Source of the DNA: Eledone cirrhosa
Taxonomy: Eukaryota
Direction: 5' to 3'
Length of the DNA: 64,000 nt
NCBI GenBank assembly: GCA_964016885.1
Contig: OZ024743.1
Span: 16,616,001-16,680,000, forward strand
Shown: positions 53,828 to 64,000 of the stretch, one piece after another
Position numbering within the stretch: position 1 is the first letter of the stretch
Layout of the letters: every line of letters begins with the position of its first letter
Notes under the pieces: model-generated
Told to the model about the DNA's origin: nothing
The model's database searches: none
Seen by the model: only the letters and a program-made list of their open reading frames with translations
Translations under genes and position numbers: made by a program

Positions 53828-55756
53828 CACCGTGTAACAAACATCATTTTCTCTGTTCCTGGCTTGTAATCACTTTTTTGTGTTGCTTAGACCCCAAATA
53901 AATAAAAAAAGTGATATTAAACAGTTAAAAGTTTGCGTTTGTAAAAATTCTAAGCTATTCACTAGAATTATTTGTATGCTGGATTTTACGTTGTATATAA
54001 GTTTAATTTGCTTACGTTAAATGATTTCTTTTATATATGTATTCTGGTTAAATTAAAATTATAAAATAAAGAGTAATACGTAAAGAAAATTATAAAAGTG
54101 CAATAAAGTATAAAATTGTTAAAAAGTGGATTAAAGACATTTATTGATACTGGATTTTCGCACCCTAAATAATGGGTAAGTTGTGTTTTAAGCATTCGTC
54201 TCCAGGATGAGGCAGTAGAACTTGGTAAAGGAGGAAGTGCAGGTGACAAATCAGAGAAGTCGACACGAACCTTTCTCAGGCTTTTACACTCTTAGGGATG
54301 GCCTCTGCTTCTGCCATGACATGCCTGGACTGTTTGACGTTATTGGGGTGTGGTTAGTGCCCAAGGAGTGGCGGCTATTTATAGACAGCTCTACCACAAT
54401 TTTGAAGGCTATCCTCCTCCACAATGGAAACAAGTTCCCGATACTGCCCCTAGCTCATTCAGTCTGCCTGAAGGAAGATTACTACAGTGGGAAAGTCCTC
54501 TTGGAAGCTCTGCAATACAACCAGTACAATTTGGAAATCATTGGAGACTTCAAGATGGTGGCTTTCCTGCTTGGACTCCAAGAAGGCTTTATCAAATTCC
54601 AATGCTTGCTCTGATTTGGGGCAGCAGCGCCACCTCTGACCTCTCCAAAAGAAAGAACTGGGAGCAGAGAACATAACTTGTAGTTGGGACCCGGAACGTC
54701 ATGTGGGAGCCACTGGTTGATCCCAAGGATTGTGCTCATGCCGCCACTGCACATTAAGTTGGGGTTGATGAAGCAGTTTGTGAAGGCTCTCAACCAAGAA
54801 TCAGCCGCTTTTAAGTATCGTTTTGAGTTCTTCCCCAAGTTATCTGAGGCCAAAATCAAAGGTGGAATTTTTGTTGGACCTCAGATAAAGAAGGTGTTTG
54901 AGTCTACCGAGTTTTCCAATAAGCCCAATAGGATTGAGAGAACAGCATGGAACTGTTTCAAGGCAGTGGGTAAGGGCTTCTTGGGCAACTACAGAGCTGG
55001 AAACTACCAACAACTGCTGCAGGATCTGATAAAGTCTTTTGGCGCCATAGATTGCAGGATATCACTTAAACTCCATATACTGGACTCTCACCTGGAAACA
55101 TTCAAGGACAACATGGGCGCCTACTCAGAAGAACAAGGCAAACAATTCCACCAAGATGGGAAAGAGATAGAGGTACCAGGGCCACTACAATGAGAAAATG
55201 ATGGGAGACTATATCTGGGGGCTAGTGTGGGAATGCAACCTGGACTACAACCGCAAATCCAGGAATTCCAGTCATTTCTGACGTGTATAAGTGGCTTTAT
55301 ATGTGTTATTTATTTTTACTTCTTTGCTTCTGATAAGCTTGTGTAATAAAATACATATATACTCTTTTTATTTAATTATATGAACTGATAAATTTTTTTA
55401 AAAAATGTGTTTTTTCTTGAAAAATATGAATATTTCGAAATATCAAACTCCTGACCACAAACCCAAACTTCTGATTAAATAATAGCGTTGTTTTTATAAT
55501 AATTGTTTCTACTGTTGGCACAAGGCCAGCAATTACCCAGAGCATTACTGGTACTTTATTTTATCGACCCCGTAAGGATGAAAGGCAAAGTTAACCTCGG
55601 CGGGATTTGAACTCACAATGGCAAGGGCCGTAACTCTATACGTCAAAGCATGGCACCAGATCCTCTACCGATACTGCCAATCCACCACCCTTGTTGTTTT
55701 TATAATAATTGGATATAACAAACCATGAAATGACACAAAAAATATGTTACTCGGTG
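53828..55756 (+). mobile_element. Chapaev3-like (CMC/Transib-related) DNA transposon, internally deleted, nested in the Helitron
   Basis: Termini CACCGTGTAACA / TGTTACTCGGTG; flanks TAG/TAA; transposase motifs EWRLFIDSS, LLHNGN, GDFKMVAFLLGLQ, PPLHIKLGLMKQFVKA, GIFVGPQI, SLKLHILDSH, SEEQGKQFHQD. Confidence 0.8.
55501..55692 (-). mobile_element. SINE nested in the Chapaev3-like element
   Basis: Full SINE; duplication GTTGTTTTTATAATAATTG at 55487-55505 and 55693-55711. Confidence 0.92.
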
Positions 55757-56283
55757 TAATATGTATTTTTGAAATCATTTTCACTTAAGAATATTTTTTA
55801 AATATGCCAAGAAATATTTTTTCCATCGTATTCAGTCGAAAATAATTTTTAATAAATGAAGATATTGTAAATAAAGCTATTATATGTAAATAAAACTATT
55901 TCTGAAATCAAATTCACTTTTAAATATTTCTAAATAATTGAAATATTATTTTTAAAAAGCAAAAATATAAACACCAAACTGTTTAAAACCAACTGCTATT
56001 TTTCAGTGATATTCACTTAATGCTTTTCTGATAATTAATATATCGTCTGTTTAAAGAAAGTTCAAATATACATACTTGAAGTAATAACAACTTGTAGTTT
56101 TGAAATCATATTCACTGAGAAATCACTGAAAGATCTTTTTTTAATAATTACTAAAAATATTTCTCGCATGATGAAAATAGTTTGTCTATTTACGTCAAGT
56201 TTGTTTTATCTCCATTCCAGGTTTATGTCACTTACATGGCTATTTTCCCATTATGCACCGTTTTGGCTATTTACGAAGGTATC

Positions 56284-56324
<41 letters not shown>

Positions 56325-57678
56325 AAGACACACACAGAAATATATATATATATATATATGTCTCTAACTTAAGTACTGTTACACACATACACACAGACAT
56401 GTCTCTAAGAACGTAAACACCTGCACTGGCACATACACATACAGATACACACGGTGGAAGTAAAATTTTGAAAGAGAGAGAAAGAAATAACGTTATGGAT
56501 AGGGAGATTTAAAATAAATAAAAGTTAAGGACGCTGTCACTTTCCCTATCTGTCATCCCCCTCTCTCTCTCATCTCTTTATTATCTCTCTCATCACCCTC
56601 ACTCTCTCTCTCACCTTCACTCTCTCTTTCTCTCTCTCACCCCTCTCTCTCTTTCTACCTCTCGCCCCCTCTCTTTCTCTTTTACCCCCCTCTCTATTTC
56701 TCTCTTTCACCCACTCTCTGTCTCTCTTACATACAGAATGGACAACCAAAAAACAAATGGATTATTTCTTTCGATATTCATTATAAAATAAGATAAATTG
56801 AATTTAGATGAATTCCTTGCTATTTTTGGAAAATTTAAAATATTGTCCATATGCGATTTACGCCAAACCTGTTTTATTCAGAGTATTTTCTCATTATGCA
56901 ATGTTTTGGCTATTTACGAAGTTTTTCTGGCTTATGTTAATTGCGGGGTATTTTCCCAGTATACACCGTTGTGGCTATTTACGAAGGTACCCACAAAACC
57001 CGCGAATCTCGGGAACCCGGAGTCAGATTTTCGCGAAACGTCTTTTATTCAATTTGTATTCCCATTTCAGAGGCAACTTGCTTTCAAAGTAGTTACCCAT
57101 TATGCGCCCTTTTGGCTGTATTACATAACAGACAAGCAAGCAAGTAAGCACACAAGCTCAGAGTTTTAGTAGTATATAGATAGATATGCAATATACAATG
57201 TAGTAATTAGTGTTATGGACAATCTTGCTAGCTATCTAATTATTGTTATATTAGTTTAGTAGTAAAGGTGGATTGCATAGTAGGGTTCATAATGTGCTTA
57301 TTTAGTTGGATATTAAGAAATATTTGATTTGTATTAGATATGATATATAAGAAGGAGTTTATTAATATATATATATACGAGATTCAAGGAGACAAAGGTT
57401 ACATAATTTGTTAGGTGGTTTATAAGAAGGGGCCTTAGCTATCACTTCCCTTTCTAGGGTGTAAGGTATATTACTTGTTTTTAATGTGTATGTAGGTAGA
57501 TATATTTTGTTTGATGGCTCAGTAATACATCACTGATTGAGCTTTTTCTTTTAATGGTAATTGTGTAGTGTTTAATACTATCCATTCATATTTATAATTG
57601 TATATAACTCATATATAAGTAAACATATTATTATTATTATTATTATTACTACTACTATTATTATTATTATTATTATTG

Positions 57679-58150
57679 TTCTTTGAGTCTCAGCCATTGA
57701 TGTTATTTAACTGGAAAGTTTGTTGAAATGAATGTCAAGCCGCTACCTGCAGCTTCAAATATTCAGGACGTATCAGAGGGTTTTTGCTGTTCCCAGCAAG
57801 CATGCATTTTGAAGAGTTCCAAAAACGGGGCTGAACTAATCTTCTTTAACTAACCTTGGAAATTCATTGATATAGTACCTAGTGCCCCTATGGCAATGGG
57901 GACGACCTTGATTTCATGGCAGTTCGAAATCCTTTTTAACTCCCACTTTAAAGCCTGGTATCGGTTAATTTTCTCCGTCCCCATTTCTTGCACTCGCGCC
58001 TCAAATGGGCAGGTACATCTAGAATCAGGCCTATTATGGTCAGGCCTATTGTGTTCTGATTTCTTGTCCGTCTGTATACTAAAATCCCATAGTACCTTCA
58101 CCTGATCATTTTCTATCACCGACTCTGGCTTATGCTCATACCACTTCTCA
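57679..58150 (-). mobile_element. R4/Dong-like non-LTR retrotransposon 3' fragment (RLE domain)
   Basis: EKWYEHKPESVIEND..KVLWDFSIQTD...HNRPD..CPF...EKINRYQAL...VVPIAIGALG; (TAA)n on both sides. Confidence 0.8.
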
Positions 58151-58165
58151 TTATTATTATTATTA

Positions 58166-58262
58166 TTAACTTTGCCTTTCATCCTTACGGGGTCGATAAC
58201 ATAAAGTACCAGTAATACGCTGGGAAATTGCTGGCCGTGTGCCAAAAGTAGAAACAATTATT
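58166..58262 (+). mobile_element. SINE, 3' half
   Basis: Conserved core and tail. Confidence 0.85.
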
Positions 58263-58899
58263 ATTATCATTATTATTATATATTATATATGTGTATGTAT
58301 ATTGTATACGGAGAGGTTAAACTCCGAGTCTCCGAGCCATAAAAGCCTGAGGGCTGTCGTTGTATTTTCCGTGGCAAACCTTGCACCGAAGATATGTGTT
58401 GTCAGTTCCAAAAAGTGTTGTTGGTCCTACACAAGCCTTTATCACTTAAAACAAAACTCTGCGTGGGTGGTTCAAAATCAGTTCACTTTCCCACATCAAC
58501 TTTTGTTGGACACTCATACGTCGGATATCGACGGGAGAGTCCATCATATATATATATACATATAGATATATATGTGTGTGTGCGTGTGTGTGTTTGTGTG
58601 TGTGTGTGAATGAGTATAAGAGAAAAGTATACGGGTAAAATGAAGAGCAAAATGAAACTGCAATGATATATTTTAGTTTAAAGATTGATATTATAGGAAA
58701 AATATATTAAGCTTTTTGATGTTATCTTTCATAAAAATATAGAATGAGAGATAAAATATAGAAAAAAAAAACGTTTTGTGTGAGAAAGCATATGTGTGTT
58801 TAGAAAGCTATTTTAAAAAGTGGACCAAAAAAATATTAACAGCATCAACAACATCATCTTCATCATCTTCGTCATCATCGTCATCTTAATCTTTATCAT

Positions 58900-59066
58900 T
58901 CTTGTGCCTAAAGTAGAAACAATTATATACTTACGGGCCATTATGGTGTGAGATCAAACCTCGCCGAGGTCAACTTTGCCTTTCATCCTTACGGAGTCGA
59001 TAAAATAGCGGACCAGTAATGCACTTGGGTAATTGCCGGCCTTGTGCCAAAATTAGAAACAATTAT
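58900..59066 (+). mobile_element. SINE tail plus a second truncated SINE
   Basis: CTTGTGCC.AAA.TAGAAACAATTATATACTTA occurs twice; core at ~58965-59015. Confidence 0.75.
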
Positions 59067-59126
59067 ATACTTATATTTATCTCTATCCCATTCTGTATCT
59101 TGCGTTGTACAATGTATGTATGACTA

Positions 59127-59258
<132 letters not shown>

Positions 59259-59589
59259 GTATTCGTTCGAGCGTGATGCCCTTCAAAGCCCCAAGATTCT
59301 GTAGTAGTGGATCTAGTCTCAACACACAGAATCAATTAAATAGGGCATCTTATACGTCCAGAACACGTAATCTTAAATGGTTCTGATAATCGCCATTTAC
59401 CCTGACTAACTAGACGATGCCGATTTACATTGAAGCAATTATGCTTCTCAAGACTGGACGTGTGTGTGCTTTAAGGAAATGTCGTGTACTAATGATTGAC
59501 CGTATCTACTGCTTGCAATTGATCCAGATTGATCAGAGGCACTAACAAAGATGTATTCCTCTGTATGATATTTTGCATGAGGTACCGGT

Positions 59590-59639
<50 letters not shown>

Positions 59640-59643
<4 letters not shown>

Positions 59644-60662
59644 TCAGGTTTGAGGTTCACCACTGTATAGAGCTGGTCTATTCCGTATGGTCAATCGTAA
59701 TGCAATAATATAGAGAGTACTCAACGTAAAGCAGTTCAACCGTCTTTGTTTTTGTAGTTGGTGGTGCTATTACGGAGTTAAATATTATAATGAAATGACA
59801 GGAGGCTGGATTTGTGTAAATCCTTGAAAGGTTTGTTATACTATGATCATTTCAATGACCGTGTTCCGTATGAATCCGGTGATATCATCAGGTATTCGAA
59901 ATATAATACGTGAATGTAATAGGTAAAATCCATGGGGCTGAAAATCAAGACCCGAGGGCGACCGCTATTCTGTTCCTTCAACCTCAGCCGGTCGCCCTGG
60001 AGTGACGTGGCTAAATTTTACAGTATGCTACTACCGGTCAGATGAACGAAAACAGAAAGGGATGGGAGAATAGGTTAACGTCGATCCCATGACACAAGGT
60101 AAAAGAAAGAAAGAAAGGAAGGAGAGAGAAGAAGGGGGAAGAAAGAAGAAGAGAAGCCAGGGTTAATGTCAGCTAAAAGAGGAAGGCAACTACTACTGGT
60201 CAGATATAGGCAAGCAAGAGGGGGAAGGAAGATAAGTCTGCGGGAGGAAGACAGGGTAGGGGAGAAGAGAAGGAAGGGAAGAGAGAAGTAGAAAAGTAAG
60301 GGTTGATGGCTACAAGAAGGAAGATAGAAAGAAAGAGGAAGAAAGGTCGATATTAATGTCAGACCACAGTCAAGCCAGGAGTGGCGCGAGAAAATGTTCA
60401 CAGGGACCCGCATCTTAGCAGAGATGAATATATTGGGAGTCAGTGTTTTACAGTGTTTAGACTTCTAGGATGAAGTTAAAAAAATTAATAATCAATATTC
60501 AATATTAAAGAGGTTAGAAAAGTTAAAGTTCAACAGTTTAACATTTAATTATATAATAGTTCCGATTTGTTCTGTAATTTAAAGGTACTATTTGGCGGTT
60601 AAAACACCGGCCGCGCCCCGGGCCCCATGGCGAATTAAGCCACGCCGAGTATTTTCATTTAC
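59640..60662 (-). mobile_element. (TA)n-flanked non-coding hammerhead-bearing element (PLE pseudo-LTR or non-autonomous derivative)
   Basis: (TA)n at 59593-59638 and 60663-60680; canonical hammerhead inside; no RT/EN motifs seen. Confidence 0.6.
59838..59895 (-). ncRNA. Type I minimal hammerhead ribozyme, canonical core
   Basis: ATAC-CTGATGA-tATcACCG..TTC atacg GAA..CGGTcATt-GAAAT-GATC-ATA-GTAT. Confidence 0.78.
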
Positions 60663-61009
60663 TATATATATATATATATACCTCTTTACGAAACTTCTCG
60701 TGTGCGCTTCTCCGAGAAAAATCGTGAAAAAATTCTCCAACATCTATTCTTGTGCATTTGCTTAAATCGTACATGGCCAAGGATAATGGATCTAAAATGT
60801 TCAATTATGCCCCCTTCCTTGTTCATGTTTTGCCTAAACAGTGCTACTACACTTGTGTTATATAATTGAAAATTACCCCGTTGTACTCCCAATTTCAATG
60901 GGCAGCTGCAAAGTCAATGGTGTGCAGTCTGAAATATATATATAAGGCTTACATTCAGTCTGGTATATCTTTATAAGGCTTGCATGCAGTCTGGCGTTTC
61001 TATATAATG

Positions 61010-62350
61010 CCTATACGATAGGAGATCAACGTTGGTTGATCTGAACCCCGTACAGACACTTAAAGCCGTCCGTAATGTTCTAATCGTATCTTTACAATAT
61101 TTCTCTTCGCGGTAGGCCGTAGAAATAGGAGGTATTGTCCCGCATTGCCTTTGTCTCCTTTCTTTCTGTAACAGTTCGGCTCAGTACCACTGCAAACCAC
61201 AAATATATACTTGTGAAAGACGAAGTTGTAGTTTAATTGTCAGGCTGCGCCTCTGACCCTATGTCTCATCGAAAAGCCTATGTTTCTAGTGTATCAGAAC
61301 ATGTGCGTTATCCAGCCAGTGTAACCTTCATATTTTGCATTAAAGAAATGCTCCAATTCCATAATCGCAGCTGCAACGTCAGTTGAATTTCCGGTAATAA
61401 TCATTTGTTCAAGTTGAATTACCATCTCCTCGTCTGCTCATGGTTTTGTTCTTTCGAGCGACGTCTTTGAAAAAAGCAATTGACTATACATTTCACTTGA
61501 CAATACAAATGTAGTCTAAATATGCGAGTCATTTTATTTGTGCAAACCTTATGTTATCTTTACCACCTAGCTTAATAAAAGATAACTATTCAAATGCGAC
61601 GACGATCACACTACGTAAATGCTCCATCTCTGCACTAACGCATTCAATAAAGCTATGTGTTACTTCTCAGATAGCTGGAAACTTCTGATTAACTTTGAAA
61701 GGCTTTTTGCACAATTCACCTATAAGCTACCCCCAACCATTCTCTCTATTACTCAAACCTGCCGTACAAGTTCCACACTAAGAATAAACGGTGAATCGGT
61801 CCAGGAAAGGTTTTCAGACGTCTGAATAAATATTACCATCATTCTCTAGTCGGTGCACATATAGTCAGCTGTATAAATGAAATGCTTCACTACCATTCAA
61901 ATCCATGTACACTAACGCACTGTCTGTCTCCAGAATAATCTTACGTACCTCGAAGACCAGTTCTTTTCGAAATAGTACTACCTCGCCGCTTCACGTTCCA
62001 GGTCGACAAAGATATGCATACATCGAAATATCATTGGAAATGGGGATTAGTCCGCGACTATAGGAGGACCATCCCTCTCCGATGGCTACAACATATATAC
62101 CATGTGACCTTTCTCCTAGGTCGACCTCAGAAAATCTGTATTTATACACCACACACCATTGCCATATTGGTCGGAAAGATTGAGCAGAAATGTGCAGGGT
62201 GTCTCTTTATCCTTCTGCTTCTGATACATACCGAGGTATTCGACATCAACATCTCAGTGAGTTTCCTTCCTTGCAAAACTTATTGTTTACTTTTATATTT
62301 GTGGTCTCAATGTCATCATAGGCATGCTGACCATTTCCTAAGTGTCACCT
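61010..62350 (-). pseudogene. Possible very old MULE-like transposase remnant
   Basis: Stop-poor protein-like stretches (ELCKKPF..HSFI; VFHKYIFCGLQWY*AELLQK..ISTAYREEKYCKDTIRTL.TAL) loosely follow MULE motif order; no TIR found. Confidence 0.3.
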
Positions 62351-63198
62351 TTCTACCCATATCGATATTCAACCTTTTATTTTTCAATATAATTGAATGT
62401 TTCTTCACACATAAACATTGCGCAACTGTAACAGATAACAGAGATGCAATAGTAACCTAATGAGAATTAAAGTAAAACAATTGATTCTTATGAGAAAAGT
62501 AGAAAAACGTGAGATAGTGTTAGAGAGAAAGTAACGACAAAATAAATAAAAAGCCCGTGTGGTTTGTAGCGAAAAACGTGGCAATGAAATATTACGTAGT
62601 AATTCATACAGCTCCAGCTCCGTTTATTTTTTATCAGAGAAGCCTATATACCTAAGGGAGTAATTGTTACACGATAGGGGTGATGAACGGAATTTTGCTA
62701 AATAGAAATCGATATAAGCATTGCAGATAAGAGGATGTGTCATAAGCATATATAGATATTGTAAATTATTGAAATATTTTCTGAAAAACTTTTCAGTTAA
62801 ATCGTAATATATTTGAAAAATAAACTAACAATATTATATTAATTTAACTGTTTCAAATCACGTTATTTCAAATACCGGATATGTTCGCATGTTAACAATA
62901 AAATCAATCGGTGTTGGACACATATGTAAAAGGACGAAAAGGAGAAAAGTTAATTGAAAGTTGGAAAATACAGTGCTGAAGTTAATGATAAGGGTGTTAT
63001 TTGCACCATTTAATAATTAACTTAACTTATTGGGATTTCATCCTTTACATGTTACAAAATAACGGGGTGAGTGGGGGTTTCTGCACAGATTGAAGGTTAT
63101 TTATAACCGTAGACCAAACAGACGACGAGAAATAGTTTATTCTCGTTGAACGTCAACACAAACTTTCTACCTTTAATAGGTAAACACCTCCTCCCTAG

Positions 63199-63200
<2 letters not shown>

Positions 63201-63259
<59 letters not shown>

Positions 63260-63385
63260 AGTGTGTGTGTGTATGTGTGAGTGTGTGTGTGTATGTGTGT
63301 CTGTGTGTTTCTAGAGAGAGAGATAGAGAATGAGAGAGAGAGAGTGAACGACAGAGAGAGAGTGAGAAAGAGAGTGAATGTGTGA
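63201..63385. repeat. Compound (TA)n-(TG)n-(GA)n microsatellite
   Basis: Direct reading. Confidence 0.95.
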
Positions 63386-64000
63386 CAGGGAGAAAGTGAG
63401 GGATTGGTTTTCAAAAGATGTAATCTAATGTCAGTGATAGATCCGTTTTTAAAATCAAAAATGAATTTCACAACCAAACCGCTACCAATGAAGCCAAAAG
63501 CTCATTCGGCAATGCATCAATAGAATTTTTTAACGATAATACAATCTTTAAGGCAGTAGTCAGTTTAACCAATAACGACTGCATGGCCATCCTCAAGTGA
63601 TTCATCGATGTCAAGGGGCCATCGTTTCGTGACTAGGATAAAAATAGAAATAAATGAAAACTCAACACTGATGAGAAAGTTCCGCGTACAATATCATCAA
63701 TTGTAGGATAGCAAAAACGTCACTAAATAAAGAGATACAGGAAATATAGGTTGGATAGCGCAGAAATATTTCAAGTACATACGAACGTAAATCGCTCGCC
63801 TATAACAAGGAACAATAGAACTGGCTTAAGTACGTACTGCTTCTCTTCTTACCGCAAGTAATGAAGGGAGAGTCTTGGAGAAGACTCAAGTTATGGAAAT
63901 CCTTGAACTGCCAGCATAAGGAAGAAAAATCGTGTTCGGCAATAGACTATAAATTAAACAACCAATAGTTGTAGTATATCCCGGGAGAGACTAGACAATA

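Larger units (their letters stand above)
48800..57180 (-). mobile_element. Helitron (decayed autonomous element, helicase truncated) with nested insertions
   Basis: 5' A|TCTATATACTACTAAAAC at 57180; 3' hairpin ACCC-AAC-GGGT then CTAG|T at 48800; RepHel remnants inside. Confidence 0.9.

Noticed and set aside
63668-63690. CTGATGAGAAAG stemless hammerhead
   Set aside because: No flanking complementary stems and no PLE context.

Overview
Eukaryotic, AT-rich, microsatellite-dense animal DNA with no recognisable host protein-coding gene. The recurrent tRNA-headed SINE (core TTTGCCTTTCATCCTTACGGGGTCGATAAA) suggests an octopod cephalopod; this is an inference. Most long ORFs in the track are (TA)n/(CA)n/(CT)n artefacts. 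The real content is a stack of mostly decayed transposons: several Penelope-like elements (RT plus C-terminal GIY-YIG, mostly Hydra-clade-like, inserted in (TA)n, with typical inverted-repeat structures), a near full-length Tx1/L1-type LINE, fragments of CR1-group, CRE and R4/Dong LINEs, an internally deleted RTE, a full-span Helitron with a nested Chapaev3-like DNA transposon, a non-autonomous Helitron, a MITE and about a dozen SINEs. Reading by eye also shows 11 type-I hammerhead-ribozyme motifs at PLE-like ends. Several have non-canonical cores, including a U3-A8 covariant and a repeated CAG-core family. The most unusual object is a 432-bp element at 6172-6603: a Pol III tRNA-like gene bracketed by 142-bp structured direct repeats in TA context. 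All calls are manual, and boundaries of decayed elements are approximate.
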